From Candidatus Thorarchaeota archaeon (GTDB lineage Archaea > Asgardarchaeota > Thorarchaeia > Thorarchaeales > Thorarchaeaceae), in the NCBI GenBank assembly GCA_046758445.1, contig JBHIAE010000061.1, positions 1 to 16,196 on the forward strand: 16,196 nucleotides of DNA, in the 5' to 3' direction. The translations under genes were made by a program, and so were the position numbers. Positions 14,308 to 16,196 of this stretch are shown one piece after another (position 1 is the stretch's first letter; every line of letters starts with the position of its first letter). Under the pieces are notes generated by a model, which worked only from the letters and a program-made list of their open reading frames with translations, ran no database searches and had not been told where the DNA came from.

Positions 14308-15042
14308 GTGATGAAGATTATTGAGAAGATTGAATCAGCCAAGAAACTGATTGAGGAAACATTAGAAACGTATCAGAGGGTGGCTGTAGCCTGCTCCTTT
14401 GGAAAGGACAGCATGGTCGTTCTCCACTTGGCCAGGGAGGTAGAGCCCCGCATCAAGGTCTTCTCAGTTATGACTCAGTACAAACCAAGAGAGACCCTGG
14501 AGTACGTAAGAGCGATGAATAGTGCCTGGAATCTCGGCACGACAGTATACATGGTTGCTGACAGTGTTCCGGAAACCCTTCAGGATGATTCCTTGGAAGT
14601 CGTATTGCTGCCAACGGAGGAGTTTTGCGAAAAGGCATCCCGTATCAAGGCTCAGACCGGGGAGGAGATCTATGCTGTGGATCCAGATGAGTGCTGTCGA
14701 CTACTCAAAGTGAATCCCACCATAGAAGCCGTGAGAGAGCTGGATGCCTGGATAACTGGTCTGAGAAGAACTGAGGGGCGAACAAGAGTCGACTACCAGG
14801 AGGTAGAGAAGAAGGGCGGGCTCACCAAAGTGAACCCAATCTTGAACTTCACTGAGGCAGAGATATGGAGGTACATTGCTACAAGGGGCATTCAACCCCA
14901 TCCGTGGTATGGAAAAGGCTACCGTTCTCTCGGTTGTGCTCCTTGCTCGAATCTTGGAGGAGAGCTTGAGCGAGATGGGAGATGGCAGAACACCTACAAA
15001 TGTGGAGGAGAGTGTGGTATACACACTCAGTGGTTACGATGA
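14308..15042 (+). CDS. cysH: APS/PAPS reductase (Fe-S, APS-reductase type)
   Basis: PP-loop SFGKDS, CC (DECCRLLKV), WITGLRRTE, GYRSLGCAPC and C-terminal ECGIH. Confidence 0.93.
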   Translation: MMKIIEKIESAKKLIEETLETYQRVAVACSFGKDSMVVLHLAREVEPRIKVFSVMTQYKPRETLEYVRAMNSAWNLGTTVYMVADSVPETLQDDSLEVVLLPTEEFCEKASRIKAQTGEEIYAVDPDECCRLLKVNPTIEAVRELDAWITGLRRTEGRTRVDYQEVEKKGGLTKVNPILNFTEAEIWRYIATRGIQPHPWYGKGYRSLGCAPCSNLGGELERDGRWQNTYKCGGECGIHTQWLR

Positions 15043-16196
15043 CAGACAGAACGTTTGACCACCAGTTGAGAGTCTACTCCGAGATAACGCAACTAATAGG
15101 CAGTCCACAGAATCCCACACCCTTGGTCAGAGTGAATAGGGCCAACCCAAATCAGGACTTCCGAATCTATCTCAAACTGGAGAGGTACAATCCATTCGGT
15201 TCAGTCAAAGACAGGATTGTCTATGACATGTTGAACGAGATGAGAATCGCCGACCGAACAGTCATCGAACCGTCATCTGGCAATACCGGGATTGCACTCG
15301 TCTGCGTTGCCAATGCGCTGGGAGTACCAGTGGAGATTGTCGTTCCAGAGAAGATTCCTGACGAGAAGAAAGTAATGCTTAGGTTTCTGGGGGCCAAAGT
15401 GACGGAGGCCGATGATGCATTATGTCCGTTGTTTCCCAGTGAAGGAGCCAGAGGCCTGGTCAGTGCGTTGACCGGAAGTCCGGCCACGAGAGATCACTAT
15501 GTCAGTCCAAATCAGTACGAGAATGAACTGAATGTTCAGGCACATTACAAGACGACGGGACCAGAAATATGGAAACAGACAGAAGGCAAGGTCGACTACT
15601 TCTTTGCCGGTTATGGAACCTGTGGCACTGTTTCCGGCGTCGGAAGATACCTCAAAGAACAGAATCCAGAAGTGAGAGTCGTCGCAGTGGAGCCATGTTC
15701 GTCGAACCATAGACTGCCAGGCATGAAGAGGATCACCGGACTGGACGAAGAACTGGTACCGAAGATCCTTGACCGCTCAGTAATCGATGATACTGTAGAA
15801 GTGACCGACGAGGATGCATATGAAACCGCCATACACCTTGCCAGAAGAGATGGAATACCTGTCGGGCCTACAACTGGGGCCCTACTGTATGCTGCCTTGC
15901 GCTATGCCAAGAAGAACAAGGGCCTAGCTGTCGTTATCTCCCCTGATGACGCCTTCAAGTACTCGAGCTTCTACAAGGACGCTTTGAACATGCAGTCTGG
16001 AGGGGCTGCAACGAAGGAATATGACCTGAGTGACCTCCTTTGTCCCCTCTCCAAGATGAGGGCGGTGGAACTAGTAGGCGACCTAGCGGAAGGGAAGACC
16101 GTACGATTGATCCTCGGCGACACGGACTCTCTCAAGAGCGTTGCAGAAGAACTGAAGGTCAGAGGAATGAAGCCTAGTTTCAAACAGGAGGGTGAA
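15039..16196 (+). CDS. PLP-dependent cysteine synthase family protein fused to a C-terminal TusA-like sulfur carrier; 3' end outside window
   Basis: Absent from the ORF track because there is no stop in the window. ATG 15039 overlaps the cysH stop (ATGA). Translation gives YLKLERYNPFGSVKDR (PLP Lys), EPSSGNTG, NQY, HYKTTGPEIW and GYGTCGT, then KEYDLSDLLCPLSKMRA (TusA-like). Confidence 0.9.
   Translation, partial: MTDRTFDHQLRVYSEITQLIGSPQNPTPLVRVNRANPNQDFRIYLKLERYNPFGSVKDRIVYDMLNEMRIADRTVIEPSSGNTGIALVCVANALGVPVEIVVPEKIPDEKKVMLRFLGAKVTEADDALCPLFPSEGARGLVSALTGSPATRDHYVSPNQYENELNVQAHYKTTGPEIWKQTEGKVDYFFAGYGTCGTVSGVGRYLKEQNPEVRVVAVEPCSSNHRLPGMKRITGLDEELVPKILDRSVIDDTVEVTDEDAYETAIHLARRDGIPVGPTTGALLYAALRYAKKNKGLAVVISPDDAFKYSSFYKDALNMQSGGAATKEYDLSDLLCPLSKMRAVELVGDLAEGKTVRLILGDTDSLKSVAEELKVRGMKPSFKQEGE

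Noticed and set aside
12991-16183. Multiple minus-strand ORFs across the sulfur operon
   Set aside because: They are antisense shadows of the sulfite reductase, cysH and cysteine synthase genes.
1-16196. CRISPR arrays, tRNA/rRNA genes, transposases or integrases
   Set aside because: No regularly spaced repeats, cloverleaf-like segments or mobile-element motifs were seen by eye. Intergenic gaps are short.

Overview
Gene-dense archaeal window that is most consistent with an Asgard archaeon, probably Thorarchaeia-like. This placement is inferred from the combination of Wood-Ljungdahl genes, a Rab-like GTPase, a Roadblock protein and an EF-2 paralogue lacking the diphthamide His. From left to right it contains the 3' end of cdhE and a cooC/acsF gene, then a divergently arranged cluster. 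The left arm (- strand) carries a Rab-like GTPase and a HEAT-repeat protein whose C-terminus resembles the beta-COP/adaptin appendage. The right arm (+ strand) carries Roadblock, a CxxC thioredoxin that closely resembles KaiB, a single-domain KaiC that retains the KaiB-binding B-loop of the CI domain, a second KaiC with degenerate catalytic residues, and a large TPR-like protein. These are followed by an aEF-2 paralogue, small ORFs, and a geranylgeranyl reductase with no canonical start codon. The window ends in an operator-preceded sulfur-assimilation operon: HTH regulator, two-module siroheme sulfite reductase, APS reductase and a cysteine synthase-TusA fusion that runs off the end. The best candidate for an undescribed system is the redox-active KaiB-like / split-KaiC module linked to the Rab-Roadblock-coat-like genes. 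All family calls come from motif recognition by eye; no searches were run.
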